Positions 1-9,060 of a DNA stretch of 46,276 nucleotides are shown here, piece by piece (the stretch's first letter is position 1; each line of letters starts with the position of its first letter). The DNA comes from Desulfuromusa sp. (GTDB taxonomy: Bacteria; Desulfobacterota; Desulfuromonadia; Desulfuromonadales; Geopsychrobacteraceae), in contig JAOZQF010000001.1 in the NCBI GenBank assembly GCA_029932345.1, positions 1 through 46,276 on the forward strand, in the 5' to 3' direction. The notes below the pieces were generated by a model. The model worked only from the letters and a program-made list of their open reading frames with translations, was not told the origin of the DNA and did no database searches. Both the position numbers and the translations under genes were made by a program.

Positions 1-69
1 TTGCAAAATCAACGAACGTGCTTCGGAAGGGGGTCGAAAAACCGGTTCTTCATAGCTGAAATAATACAT
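1..69 (-). CDS. Radical SAM protein, 5' end only (runs off window start)
   Basis: Not in ORF track. Minus strand from ATG at 69 reads MYYFSYEEPVFRPPSEARSLILQ, the RPPSEAxSxxLQ N-terminus that precedes the CxxxCxxC motif in a widespread radical SAM family. AAGAGG SD upstream. The Cys motif lies outside the window. Confidence 0.75.
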   Translation of the reverse strand, partial: MYYFSYEEPVFRPPSEARSLILQ

Positions 70-117
70 TTTTGCCTCTTAACTTTGTAAGCTCGTCATA
101 AAGTTTTCCATCCGACC

Positions 118-147
118 ATTCTAGCACAGCAGAAAAGACCAATCCAA
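118..147 (-). promoter_or_regulatory. Putative sigma70 promoter for the radical SAM gene
   Basis: Minus strand TTGGAT-18 nt-TAGAAT with extended -10 (TGc TAGAAT). Confidence 0.35.
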
Positions 148-159
148 CAACGACAAAAC

Positions 160-189
160 TTGCCTTTAACAATCAAAAACAGCTATCTT
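160..189 (+). promoter_or_regulatory. Putative sigma70 promoter for the FAA hydrolase/DUF2520 operon
   Basis: TTGCCT-18 nt-TATCTT about 50 nt upstream of ATG 238. Confidence 0.3.
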
Positions 190-237
190 TCAAATCCGGA
201 TAAGATCGAGCGTAAATCTGTTACAAGGGAGAAAGTG

Positions 238-894
238 ATGCATCAGGTAAAAATTATTGGCGACTCAAAAAACTATTCAGTTGGTAAGATTATCGGCCTG
301 GGCCGAAACTATCTGGACCATATCCGCGAGTTGGGCAACAAAGTTCCGGAACGGGCAGTTATCTTTTGTAAACCTGCCAGTAGTTTGTTGGCGGACGGGG
401 GGATGATTGAAATTCCTGGATATTCAAATGATTGCCACCATGAGCTGGAACTGGCGCTACTGGTGGGGAAAAGGGGAAAACATATCCAGGAAAAGAGTTC
501 TTTGGAGCATTTGGCCGGATACGCTGTCGCTCTCGATTTAACCCTGCGGGACACCCAGAGCGAATTAAAAAGCGCGGGATTACCCTGGGAGATCGCCAAA
601 GGATTTGATACATCCTGTCCATTATCTGATTTTACCGCTATCGAGAAAGTCAGCAACCCGAACAATTTGGAACTTTGTCTCAAAGTTAACGGTGAGATTC
701 GTCAGCAGGGGAATACAGCGCAAATGATGCGCTCAGTGGAACAGATCATCGCCGAACTCTCAACATTCTTTACCTTGGAGACTGGTGATATCATCCTCAC
801 CGGAACTCCCGCCGGAGTGAGCAGGATCAAACCCGGTGATCACCTGGAAGGGACCATTGAAGGGGTTGGCTCTCTACAGGTTTCTGTGGCATGA
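238..894 (+). CDS. Fumarylacetoacetate (FAA) hydrolase family protein (YcgM/FAHD1-like)
   Basis: Motifs GRNYxDHIxE, HHELEL, DLTLRD, KGFDT, GDIILTGTPAGV. Start moved from track 160 (TTG) to ATG 238, which follows an AGGGAG SD. Confidence 0.9.
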   Translation: MHQVKIIGDSKNYSVGKIIGLGRNYLDHIRELGNKVPERAVIFCKPASSLLADGGMIEIPGYSNDCHHELELALLVGKRGKHIQEKSSLEHLAGYAVALDLTLRDTQSELKSAGLPWEIAKGFDTSCPLSDFTAIEKVSNPNNLELCLKVNGEIRQQGNTAQMMRSVEQIIAELSTFFTLETGDIILTGTPAGVSRIKPGDHLEGTIEGVGSLQVSVA

Positions 895-1790
895 AACCGG
901 GGATCGCACTGGTAGGACCAGGTCGTGTTGGTTGTGCTGTCAGTAAACGTTTACACGAAGCAGACTATCCGATCATCTCTATTATCAGCCGGAGCATGGA
1001 GAGAGCCACCGAAGCATGTTCTTACATTGGTTGTTCAACAACTTTGGCATCGGTTCAATTGGCTGATCTGGCTACGGCACAAATAATTTTACTCGCCGTG
1101 CCCGACGATCAAATTCAGAGAGTGGCGAAGAAAATTCAAGCCACAACTCATTTTTCCAGGCCGGCAACACTGGTCCATTTCAGTGGGTTCCATCCGGCTG
1201 AAATCATGTATCATCAATCATCACCACTTTCACTGCTATCACTCCATCCCCTCCTCCCCTTTGCTGATCGCCAAAAAGCTTATGCTGATTTACAGAGGTG
1301 TCCTTGTGCACTGGAGAGTACCGACCCACAGACATTGGAACTTGGTGAAGAGTTGGTTGATGCTATTGGCGGACAACCTTTCACCCTTGAAGCGGATAAA
1401 AAGCCCCTCTACCACTCAGCAGCCTGTCTCGCATCCAATTACCTGGTCACCCTGCTTGCCTCAGCTCGTAATCTGCTGATCAACTGTGGGATTGAATCGG
1501 AGCAGGCAATACAACTCCTGTTACCGCTGGCACAGGCCTCGTTGGAAAATGTAGAAGAGCTTGGCCCAGAACAGGGGCTGACCGGCCCGATTGTCCGTGG
1601 TGATATTGGAACCGTAACAGAACATATAAAAACATTGCAAGACAATGCTCCAGAGCTGCTGAACCTCTACCTGCAAATGGGAGTTGTTACCGTCACCAAC
1701 AGCCAGAGATCTGGCCGACTCAATCCAGAATCGGCGGCTGCCCTGCAGGCTCTTTTCAGTGCAAAAATAAAAGAGTGCAATGCCATATAA
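891..1790 (+). CDS. Rossmann-like + DUF2520 oxidoreductase (PanG-like putative ketopantoate reductase)
   Basis: GPGRVG nucleotide-binding motif, AVPDD, HFSG, LHPL, YHSAA..ASNY, LTGPIVRGDxxTVxxH; ATGA overlap with upstream gene. Confidence 0.85.
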   Translation: MKPGIALVGPGRVGCAVSKRLHEADYPIISIISRSMERATEACSYIGCSTTLASVQLADLATAQIILLAVPDDQIQRVAKKIQATTHFSRPATLVHFSGFHPAEIMYHQSSPLSLLSLHPLLPFADRQKAYADLQRCPCALESTDPQTLELGEELVDAIGGQPFTLEADKKPLYHSAACLASNYLVTLLASARNLLINCGIESEQAIQLLLPLAQASLENVEELGPEQGLTGPIVRGDIGTVTEHIKTLQDNAPELLNLYLQMGVVTVTNSQRSGRLNPESAAALQALFSAKIKECNAI

Positions 1791-1844
1791 GCAACTGGAC
1801 AATAAACTACCGTGCTGCAAACTAAAAAAGTAACACCCGACCCC

Positions 1845-1866
1845 AGGAGTCTGTCGACAGCCTCCT
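1845..1866. repeat. Collapsed palindromic remnant matching the termini of the 162-bp repeat family
   Basis: AGGAGTCTGTCGACAGCCTCCT resembles left end GGAGGTTGTCG (12147) fused to right end ACAGGCTCC (12300-12308). Confidence 0.5.
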
Positions 1867-2019
1867 ACATTTAAGTGAAAATAATAATTAAAATTATTTA
1901 TTTTTTATGGTTTTTAAAGTAGAATTTCTGCCGCGAACAACATTTTCAGACTGACTTGATTATATTAGTTTTTACTTGGTGCTCCTGGCGTCAATTTGGA
2001 AGAAAGGACATCGATAGAT

Positions 2020-4128
2020 ATGCAACATATCTATCTGAAAAACGAAAGTTATTCAGTTGAAAATCTACCTTCAGAGCCAACTCTTTTGGTTGAGCTATTG
2101 GATCTTTGCCACAGAGACAATGCCGACTTTGAGATGCTCTCTATTGCGATAAGTAAAGATATCAGCTTAACTGCCAAAATTTTACAGGTTGCAAATTCCC
2201 CAATTTATCGTCAAGAGGATAAAACCACCGACATCCGCAGGGCACTGAATGTTCTGGGAATGACCAATATCAGAAATATTGTCACGACCTGTGCCATAAA
2301 ACAATTCTTTACTAATTTCACTAAAGATATTAATCCCCATGTCCAGTTCATCTGGTTGCGTAGTCTGGTTTGTGCCAATCTGGCTGAAAGAATTGCCAAA
2401 TTGGTTGGTTATGAGAAACCCGGAGAAGCATTTCTGGCAGGTCTGCTTCATCAGATCGGTATGTTAGTGTTGCTACTTAACCGGGAAGAGAGTTATTTTC
2501 CAATTTTAAACCGTTACTACGGTGAAACTGAGAACTTTTGTTTTCTTGAACGGGAACAGTTGCAGGTTGATCACTGTGAAATAGGAGCTGCTTTAATTGA
2601 GAGTTGGGGACTTGATTCTTTTATTGCCGACGCAGTCCAGTTCCAACATGCACCCGCAGATGAACTGCTGAGTTCTCCCGTCCTGCTAAAAATTCTTGCC
2701 GTTGCCGGCCCTCTCAGTTCAAACAACAGTGCCCGTGAGAACCATGAGTACCTTGAAAAAGCCGGGCATCTTTTTTCTATGACCGAAGATATCATCATCG
2801 ATTGCCTCGCTCTTGCAGTAGAAAAAAGTAAACAGATGATTGCCGACCTTGGTTTCAACAGTCAGTTCTATATGGAGGAAAACGAAGCGGAAACCTTCGA
2901 GACGACCCAGCATGAAAGCAGCAGAGAAAAACTGGCAGAAAAAATTGAGGATATCGCCCTGAGTCACACACTTGGTACAAGTGAAAACAACCAGACGGTG
3001 GAATTCACTCAAGAGGTACGAATCAATTTTAGCACCCTCTTCAACCTCGACCAGTTGTTCTTTTTTCAGGTCACTGAGAATCAAACCACCCTCTCGGCAA
3101 TCAATGACTTGGAGATAAATCAGCTCGATGAGATAAACTTCAAAATTGGGGATAAAAACAGTTTATTGGTTAAAGCATTCAATCAAAAAAAGAGTCTCAT
3201 AAGTTCATCTGAAGAAGGGTCGATTGCGGATAAACAGATCATCAGACTGCTGAATTCAGAAGCAGCTTATTTCATGCCGCTTTACTATAAAACAACCGGA
3301 ATTGGAGTGCTGGCGATCGGGACAACGGAGCTGGAATGGCCAACCCTGCAAAATAAAGTTCCATTATTACAGTTATTAAGTGAGGAAATTGGCAGGAAAT
3401 ATTTCGCCCTGACCAGAGAAAACTCCCAATCGACCGGGATGACACTGGTTGATTTCAAAAAAGTCGCTCACGAAGTGAGTAACCCGCTGACAATTATCAA
3501 TAATTATCTCTATATGCTGGGCAAAAAAATTGACAACGACCACCCGGCTCAGGAAGAGATTAAATTTATCAGCGAAGAGATTGAACGGGTCGGGAATATT
3601 TTACGGCGGGCAAAAGATCCGGAAATCCAGAGCAGAACAAAATACCAACTGGTCAATATCAACAAACTACTCACCGCGCTGGATACTCTGTTTAAAGGCT
3701 CGCTCTATAAAACCAAACAGATAGAATCAACCCTGCACCTGGATCAGCAGATCCCCTCGTTCTATTGTGCAAAAGATAAGTTAAAGCAAATAGTTATCAA
3801 CATCATTAAAAATAGTGTCGAAGCAATGGCAGAGAACAACACGATCAAGATCAGCAGCAGAGACAATATCTATCAGGATAGTCAACAATATATCGAAATA
3901 TCGATTCAAGATAGTGGCCCAGGAATTGCCCCGGAGATTTTGAAAAATCTATTCAAGCCGGTTGATAGTACCAAAGAGGGACATGCGGGACTGGGGCTTT
4001 CAATTGTTAATACTTTAGTTCAGGAAATATCAGGTAATATCTCCTGCTATTCCAACCAGGATCAAGGGACTGAATTTAAAATTTTAATACCGCGCAACCA
4101 AGAAGAGAGTGAGATCCCGCCGAAATGA
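2020..4128 (+). CDS. HDOD-domain sensor histidine kinase (HDOD + GAF-like + HisKA + HATPase)
   Basis: N-terminal HDOD (LPSEP, LTAKILQVANSP, AGLLHQIG, DHCEIGAAL..W); H-box AHEVSNPL, N-box QIVINIIKNSVEA, DSGPGI, GLGLSIV. ATG 2020 after AAAGGA preferred over track TTG 1996. Confidence 0.88.
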   Translation: MQHIYLKNESYSVENLPSEPTLLVELLDLCHRDNADFEMLSIAISKDISLTAKILQVANSPIYRQEDKTTDIRRALNVLGMTNIRNIVTTCAIKQFFTNFTKDINPHVQFIWLRSLVCANLAERIAKLVGYEKPGEAFLAGLLHQIGMLVLLLNREESYFPILNRYYGETENFCFLEREQLQVDHCEIGAALIESWGLDSFIADAVQFQHAPADELLSSPVLLKILAVAGPLSSNNSARENHEYLEKAGHLFSMTEDIIIDCLALAVEKSKQMIADLGFNSQFYMEENEAETFETTQHESSREKLAEKIEDIALSHTLGTSENNQTVEFTQEVRINFSTLFNLDQLFFFQVTENQTTLSAINDLEINQLDEINFKIGDKNSLLVKAFNQKKSLISSSEEGSIADKQIIRLLNSEAAYFMPLYYKTTGIGVLAIGTTELEWPTLQNKVPLLQLLSEEIGRKYFALTRENSQSTGMTLVDFKKVAHEVSNPLTIINNYLYMLGKKIDNDHPAQEEIKFISEEIERVGNILRRAKDPEIQSRTKYQLVNINKLLTALDTLFKGSLYKTKQIESTLHLDQQIPSFYCAKDKLKQIVINIIKNSVEAMAENNTIKISSRDNIYQDSQQYIEISIQDSGPGIAPEILKNLFKPVDSTKEGHAGLGLSIVNTLVQEISGNISCYSNQDQGTEFKILIPRNQEESEIPPK

Positions 4129-6302
4129 TAGATTTAGGTCATTTCAAAGAAATTAAGACCCGTATCTCAGCAATGGATAAGGTCAGGATACTTATTGTTG
4201 ATGATGATCAGGCGATGGCAAACAGTATCAAGTCTATCCTTACGTTTGAAGGATTGAGTGCACATTCGGTCTCTAATGGACGTGAGGCATTGGCTGAACT
4301 GCACAAGAGTGGCTATGGATTGGTGCTCCTCGATCTGAACATGCCGGGGATGCAGGGTGAAGAGGTCCTGGATCTTATCAATAGCAGTGATATTGACACC
4401 AATGTTATCGTTGTCAGCGGAGAATCCGAAATACAAAAAGCAATTCATGTATTAAAAAACGGCGCCAGAGACTTCATAAGAAAACCGTATTCGACAGACG
4501 AGCTGCTGTTTTCAATCAACAATGTACTGGAAAAAATCCACCTTGAGCAAGAAAATCGGGAAATAGTTAAAAAACTGGAAGAATCGGAGGCGTTACATCG
4601 ATTTATTGTTCATAACTCACCCGATTTGCTTTACATGCTGGATCACACCGGACATTTTGTTTTTATCAATAAAAACACCATTAAATTGCTTGGTTACAGC
4701 AGAAAAGAGATCATCGGAAAGCACTATTCTGAGGTGGTTTTTGCAGAAGATATTGATCGGGCAAACCTCTTTTTTGATAACAAACAGCTTCCTCAATATA
4801 CCACCAGTCAGGAACTGAGATTACAATGTAAAAATAAAGAATCACTGCTGCATGTTGAAGTCCGTGCAATCAATATAGAAAAGAAAATTTCTGGTGGATA
4901 CAAGCTGGGGCGAAACTACAATCTGAATCAAAATTTTGTTGGAACTTACGGAGTCGCAAGAGATATCAGCAACAGAAAGAAATCGGAAGAAATTATCCGC
5001 TTTCAAAATAATCATGATCTACTAACCGGACTGCCCAACCGGGCATTACTGAACGAACGGCTGTTATCACTGATTACCCACTCCCATGAAAACAGTGAAA
5101 AGTTTGCACTGCTGTTTATTGATATAAATCGTTTCAAATTAATCAATGACACTTACGGGGCAAGTGTTGGCGATGACCTGCTTTTAAACCTTGCCGACAC
5201 CCTGCGGAGGTGTACCCGTGAGGAAGACACCCTGGCCAGACTCGGCAGTGATGAATTTATCCTTCTGCTAGCTGATATAAATTCCGCCGATGACGCTGTT
5301 ACCGTCGTAAAGAAGATCGTCGCTGAAGCTAGTGTCCCATTCAAGCACCAGGGGCAGGAAATTCACATTTCCTTGAGTATTGGCATTACGATCTATCCAG
5401 ATCATGGAAAAACCCGAGAACAGCTGATAAGAAATGCTGATACCGCTGTTTGCAGTGCAAAAACCAAAACCAGAAAACCATATTGTCTCTATAATCATAA
5501 ACTCAAAAATACCAACAGTCACACCGTTTTTATCGAAAATGTCATCAGGGATTCAATCAAAAAAGGACGGTTTGTTGTCTATTACCAACCCCAGATTGAT
5601 CTGGGTTCAGGAAAAGTCCATGCGGTAGAGGCGTTAGTTCGAATCAAGTCTGCAGATAACAGACTGATCCTCCCTGGAAAGTTCATTAAAATCGCTGAAG
5701 AGACCTCATTAATCAATGACATTGGAGAAATTGTCCTCAGAAAAGTCTGCCAGGATATACAGAGCTGGAACAAACAAGGGATACAGATACAAGTCTCGAT
5801 CAATGTATCGGCACTACAGCTGGCAACAGTTAACTTTGCTGAATATGTTCTGGAAGAACTGCATACCTATAACATCAATCCACAAGAGATAGAGATTGAG
5901 CTGACGGAAAATGTTCTGATTACAAACATCAATAAGACCATTTCAAATATTGTTAAATTGACCGATGCAGGGATTAAAATCGCCATTGATGACTTTGGTA
6001 CCGGCTACTCGTCCCTCAGTTATCTTGATCATCTGCCACTGAACACCTTGAAACTGGATCAATCTTTCATGAAAAAAATCACTGTGGAAAATATGCATGA
6101 TACGATTATTCCGGCGATCATCAATGTATCCAAGGGGCTGCAACTTGATTTTATTGCAGAGGGGGTAGAAACTCAGGCACAGCATGAGTATTTACTGGAG
6201 AAGGGTTCCTGTATTGTTCAGGGTTTTTATTACAGTAGACCGATTGAAAAAGATAGCCTGCTCGACTTCATTAATCAACATGGAGTGAAAGAACCGGCTT
6301 AA
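4125..6302 (+). CDS. Response regulator with REC-PAS-GGDEF-EAL domains (c-di-GMP enzyme)
   Basis: REC (IVDDD, LLDLNMP, KP), PAS (NSPDLLYMLD..G.F.FIN), HDLLTGLPNR, variant GSDEF, EALVR, DDFGTGYSS, EGVET; ATGA overlap with kinase gene (alternative ATG 4173). Confidence 0.92.
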   Translation: MIDLGHFKEIKTRISAMDKVRILIVDDDQAMANSIKSILTFEGLSAHSVSNGREALAELHKSGYGLVLLDLNMPGMQGEEVLDLINSSDIDTNVIVVSGESEIQKAIHVLKNGARDFIRKPYSTDELLFSINNVLEKIHLEQENREIVKKLEESEALHRFIVHNSPDLLYMLDHTGHFVFINKNTIKLLGYSRKEIIGKHYSEVVFAEDIDRANLFFDNKQLPQYTTSQELRLQCKNKESLLHVEVRAINIEKKISGGYKLGRNYNLNQNFVGTYGVARDISNRKKSEEIIRFQNNHDLLTGLPNRALLNERLLSLITHSHENSEKFALLFIDINRFKLINDTYGASVGDDLLLNLADTLRRCTREEDTLARLGSDEFILLLADINSADDAVTVVKKIVAEASVPFKHQGQEIHISLSIGITIYPDHGKTREQLIRNADTAVCSAKTKTRKPYCLYNHKLKNTNSHTVFIENVIRDSIKKGRFVVYYQPQIDLGSGKVHAVEALVRIKSADNRLILPGKFIKIAEETSLINDIGEIVLRKVCQDIQSWNKQGIQIQVSINVSALQLATVNFAEYVLEELHTYNINPQEIEIELTENVLITNINKTISNIVKLTDAGIKIAIDDFGTGYSSLSYLDHLPLNTLKLDQSFMKKITVENMHDTIIPAIINVSKGLQLDFIAEGVETQAQHEYLLEKGSCIVQGFYYSRPIEKDSLLDFINQHGVKEPA

Positions 6303-6319
6303 CTTGAAAAAATAGCCAC

Positions 6320-6354
6320 AAAAAAAAGCCCCGTCAAAACTGGCGGGGCTTTTT
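6320..6354. terminator. Bidirectional rho-independent terminator
   Basis: A-run, AGCCCCGTCA-AAAC-TGGCGGGGCT, T-run between convergent EAL gene and ppdK. Confidence 0.88.
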
Positions 6355-6357
6355 ATA

Positions 6358-9018
6358 TCAATGTTCCTGCAAGGCCGCATGCGCCGCAGCTAAACGGGCG
6401 ATCGGCACCCGATATGGCGAACAGGAAACATAATCTAAACCAATATCGTGGCAAAAAGCGACACTGGAGGGTTCCCCACCATGTTCACCACAAATCCCGA
6501 CTTTTAAATCGGAGCGAGTTTGACGACCCCGCTCAAAACCGATCTTAACCAGTTCCCCCACGCCGCGCTGATCAAGAGCAACAAAAGGATCTTTTTTCAG
6601 GACGCCACGCTCAATATAATCGGGAAGAAAGTGGCCGGCATCATCACGCGACAACCCATATGTTGTCTGGGTCAAATCATTGGTTCCAAAAGAGAAAAAA
6701 TCAGCTTCGGAAGCAATCGCATCGGCGGTCAATGCAGCGCGCGGCAGCTCAATCATTGTCCCGATTAAATAATCAATTTCAACCCCGTAACTCTCACAAA
6801 CGGTATCCGCAACCTTAATTGCATTGGCACGGAGGATCTTCAATTCATTAACATGACTGACCAGTGGAATCATAATCTCTGGAACGATTTTAAACCCTTC
6901 ATTTTTCACCAGCTCACAAGCGGCTTCCATAATCGCCTGAACCTGCATATCATAAACTTCAGGATAAGTAATCGCGAGACGACAACCACGATGGCCGAGC
7001 ATCGGATTAAACTCATGGAGGCTTTCTACGTGCTCTTTAACTTCTGAAAACCGGATACCAACAGCATTGGCCAACTCAGAGATATCATCATCCGTTTGTG
7101 GCAGAAATTCATGCAACGGGGGATCAAGCAGGCGAATCGTCACCGGGAGCCCCTTCATTTCACGGAAAAGACCGATAAAGTCCCCTTTTTGCATCGGTAA
7201 AATTTTATCCAGAGCACTCTTGCGTCCCTCAAGATTATCCGCAAGAATCATCTCCCGTACTGCCTGAATTCGTTCATCTTCAAAAAACATATGTTCGGTC
7301 CGACACAAGCCAATACCTTCAGCGCCAAAGTCGCGAGCAACTTTGGCATCACGGGGAGTATCAGCATTAGTACGCACCTTAAGCCGCCGGAACTGATCTG
7401 CCCAGCCCATAAACATGGCAAAATCACCACTCACTGCGGGTTGGATCTTTGGTACCACTCCAAGCATCACCTCACCGGTAGAACCATTCAGAGTGATCTG
7501 GTCACCACGCTTGATTAATTGTCCTGATTTTGTGATCAATTGTTGTTTTTCATAGTCAATCTTGAGATCACCACAACCGGCGACACAACACTTTCCCATT
7601 CCACGGGCAACGACGGCAGCGTGAGATGTCATTCCACCACGGGCAGTCAGAATCCCCTGCGCTGCGTTCATACCATGAATATCATCAGGGCTGGTTTCAA
7701 TCCGAACCAGAATAACTTTTTTCTTCAGTCGAGTCTGCTCTTCAGCCTCATCGGCATTAAAAACCACCTGACCACTTGCCGCGCCGGGTGACGCTGGTAA
7801 CCCCTTGGCAACAACCTCCCGTGCTGCAGCAGGATCAAGGGAGGGGTGTAACAGCTGATCCAGCTGATCCGGATCAACACGCAGTACCGCCTCTTTTTCA
7901 GTAATTAACCCCTCAGCCACCATGTCAACTGCAACTCTGATAGCAGCCTGAGCGGTACGCTTTCCGGTCCGGGTTTGCAACATATACAGTTTGCTTTTTT
8001 CAATTGTAAACTCAATATCCTGCATATCCTTGTAGTGTTGTTCCAGAATCGTACGAATATCGGCCAGCTGCTTGTAGCTGTCAGGCAATACCTCTTCCAT
8101 CGAAGGGAGATCCCCCTCTTTATGCTTATCCCGGTTAATCGGATGTGGAGTTCTGATTCCTGCTACAACATCCTCCCCCTGAGCATTGACCAGATACTCT
8201 CCGTAGAAATAATTTTCACCGGTAGAAGGATCACGAGTAAAAGCAACTCCGGTTGCACAATCATCGCCCATATTACCAAAAACCATCCCCTGAACATTCA
8301 CTGCTGTCCCCCAATCACCGGGGATAGAATGAAGCTTACGATAAGTGACCGCCCGAGGAGTCATCCAGGAACCAAATACTGCCCCGATAGCCTCCCATAG
8401 TTGTTGTTGCGGATCTTCAGGAAATACTTCCCCCAGACTGGCTTGATAGATCTGTTTAAATTCACCCACCAATTCCCGCAGATCTTCTGCAGACAACTCA
8501 GTATCCAGCTCAACATTTTTCTGTTCTTTTTTCTGCGAGAGAATTTTCGCGAAGGCCTCTCCATTCATCCCTTTGACCACATTGGCAAACATCTGAATGA
8601 AACGTCGGTACGAATCATAGGCAAAGCGGGGATCGTTACTCTGAGAGATAACTCCATTAATGGTCTGATCGTTCAATCCCAGATTTAAAACCGTGTCCAT
8701 CATTCCCGGCATTGAGGCTCGAGCACCGGAGCGCACAGAAACAAGTAAAGGGTTATCACTGTCACCAAAGCCCTTGTTCATCCGTTGCTCAAGAGTCTTC
8801 AAGGCATTGGCAACCTCATCATGCAGACCTTCCGGGAAGCCTTGGTTATTGGAATAATAGGCGGTGCAAACTTCGGTTGTCAGGGTAAAACCTGGTGGAA
8901 CGGGCAAACCAATCGAAGTCATTTCAGCAAGGTTTGCCCCCTTACCACCCAACAACTCCTTCATCGACCCAGCCCCATCAGCCTGTCCATCACCAAAAGC
9001 ATAAACGTACTTAGACAT
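6358..9018 (-). CDS. ppdK: Pyruvate, phosphate dikinase
   Basis: LGGKGANLAEM, SVRSGARASMPGMMDT, GGMTSHAAVVAR phospho-His motif, GICGEHGG; 886 aa. Confidence 0.98.
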   Translation of the reverse strand: MSKYVYAFGDGQADGAGSMKELLGGKGANLAEMTSIGLPVPPGFTLTTEVCTAYYSNNQGFPEGLHDEVANALKTLEQRMNKGFGDSDNPLLVSVRSGARASMPGMMDTVLNLGLNDQTINGVISQSNDPRFAYDSYRRFIQMFANVVKGMNGEAFAKILSQKKEQKNVELDTELSAEDLRELVGEFKQIYQASLGEVFPEDPQQQLWEAIGAVFGSWMTPRAVTYRKLHSIPGDWGTAVNVQGMVFGNMGDDCATGVAFTRDPSTGENYFYGEYLVNAQGEDVVAGIRTPHPINRDKHKEGDLPSMEEVLPDSYKQLADIRTILEQHYKDMQDIEFTIEKSKLYMLQTRTGKRTAQAAIRVAVDMVAEGLITEKEAVLRVDPDQLDQLLHPSLDPAAAREVVAKGLPASPGAASGQVVFNADEAEEQTRLKKKVILVRIETSPDDIHGMNAAQGILTARGGMTSHAAVVARGMGKCCVAGCGDLKIDYEKQQLITKSGQLIKRGDQITLNGSTGEVMLGVVPKIQPAVSGDFAMFMGWADQFRRLKVRTNADTPRDAKVARDFGAEGIGLCRTEHMFFEDERIQAVREMILADNLEGRKSALDKILPMQKGDFIGLFREMKGLPVTIRLLDPPLHEFLPQTDDDISELANAVGIRFSEVKEHVESLHEFNPMLGHRGCRLAITYPEVYDMQVQAIMEAACELVKNEGFKIVPEIMIPLVSHVNELKILRANAIKVADTVCESYGVEIDYLIGTMIELPRAALTADAIASEADFFSFGTNDLTQTTYGLSRDDAGHFLPDYIERGVLKKDPFVALDQRGVGELVKIGFERGRQTRSDLKVGICGEHGGEPSSVAFCHDIGLDYVSCSPYRVPIARLAAAHAALQEH

Positions 9019-9060
9019 CCTCTTACTCCTTACTGCAAAGTGACCCAGATTATTCTTAAA

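Noticed and set aside
1985-2000. Sigma54 promoter (TGGC...TTG) before the HDOD kinase
   Set aside because: GG-N10-GC spacing gives GA rather than GC; poor match
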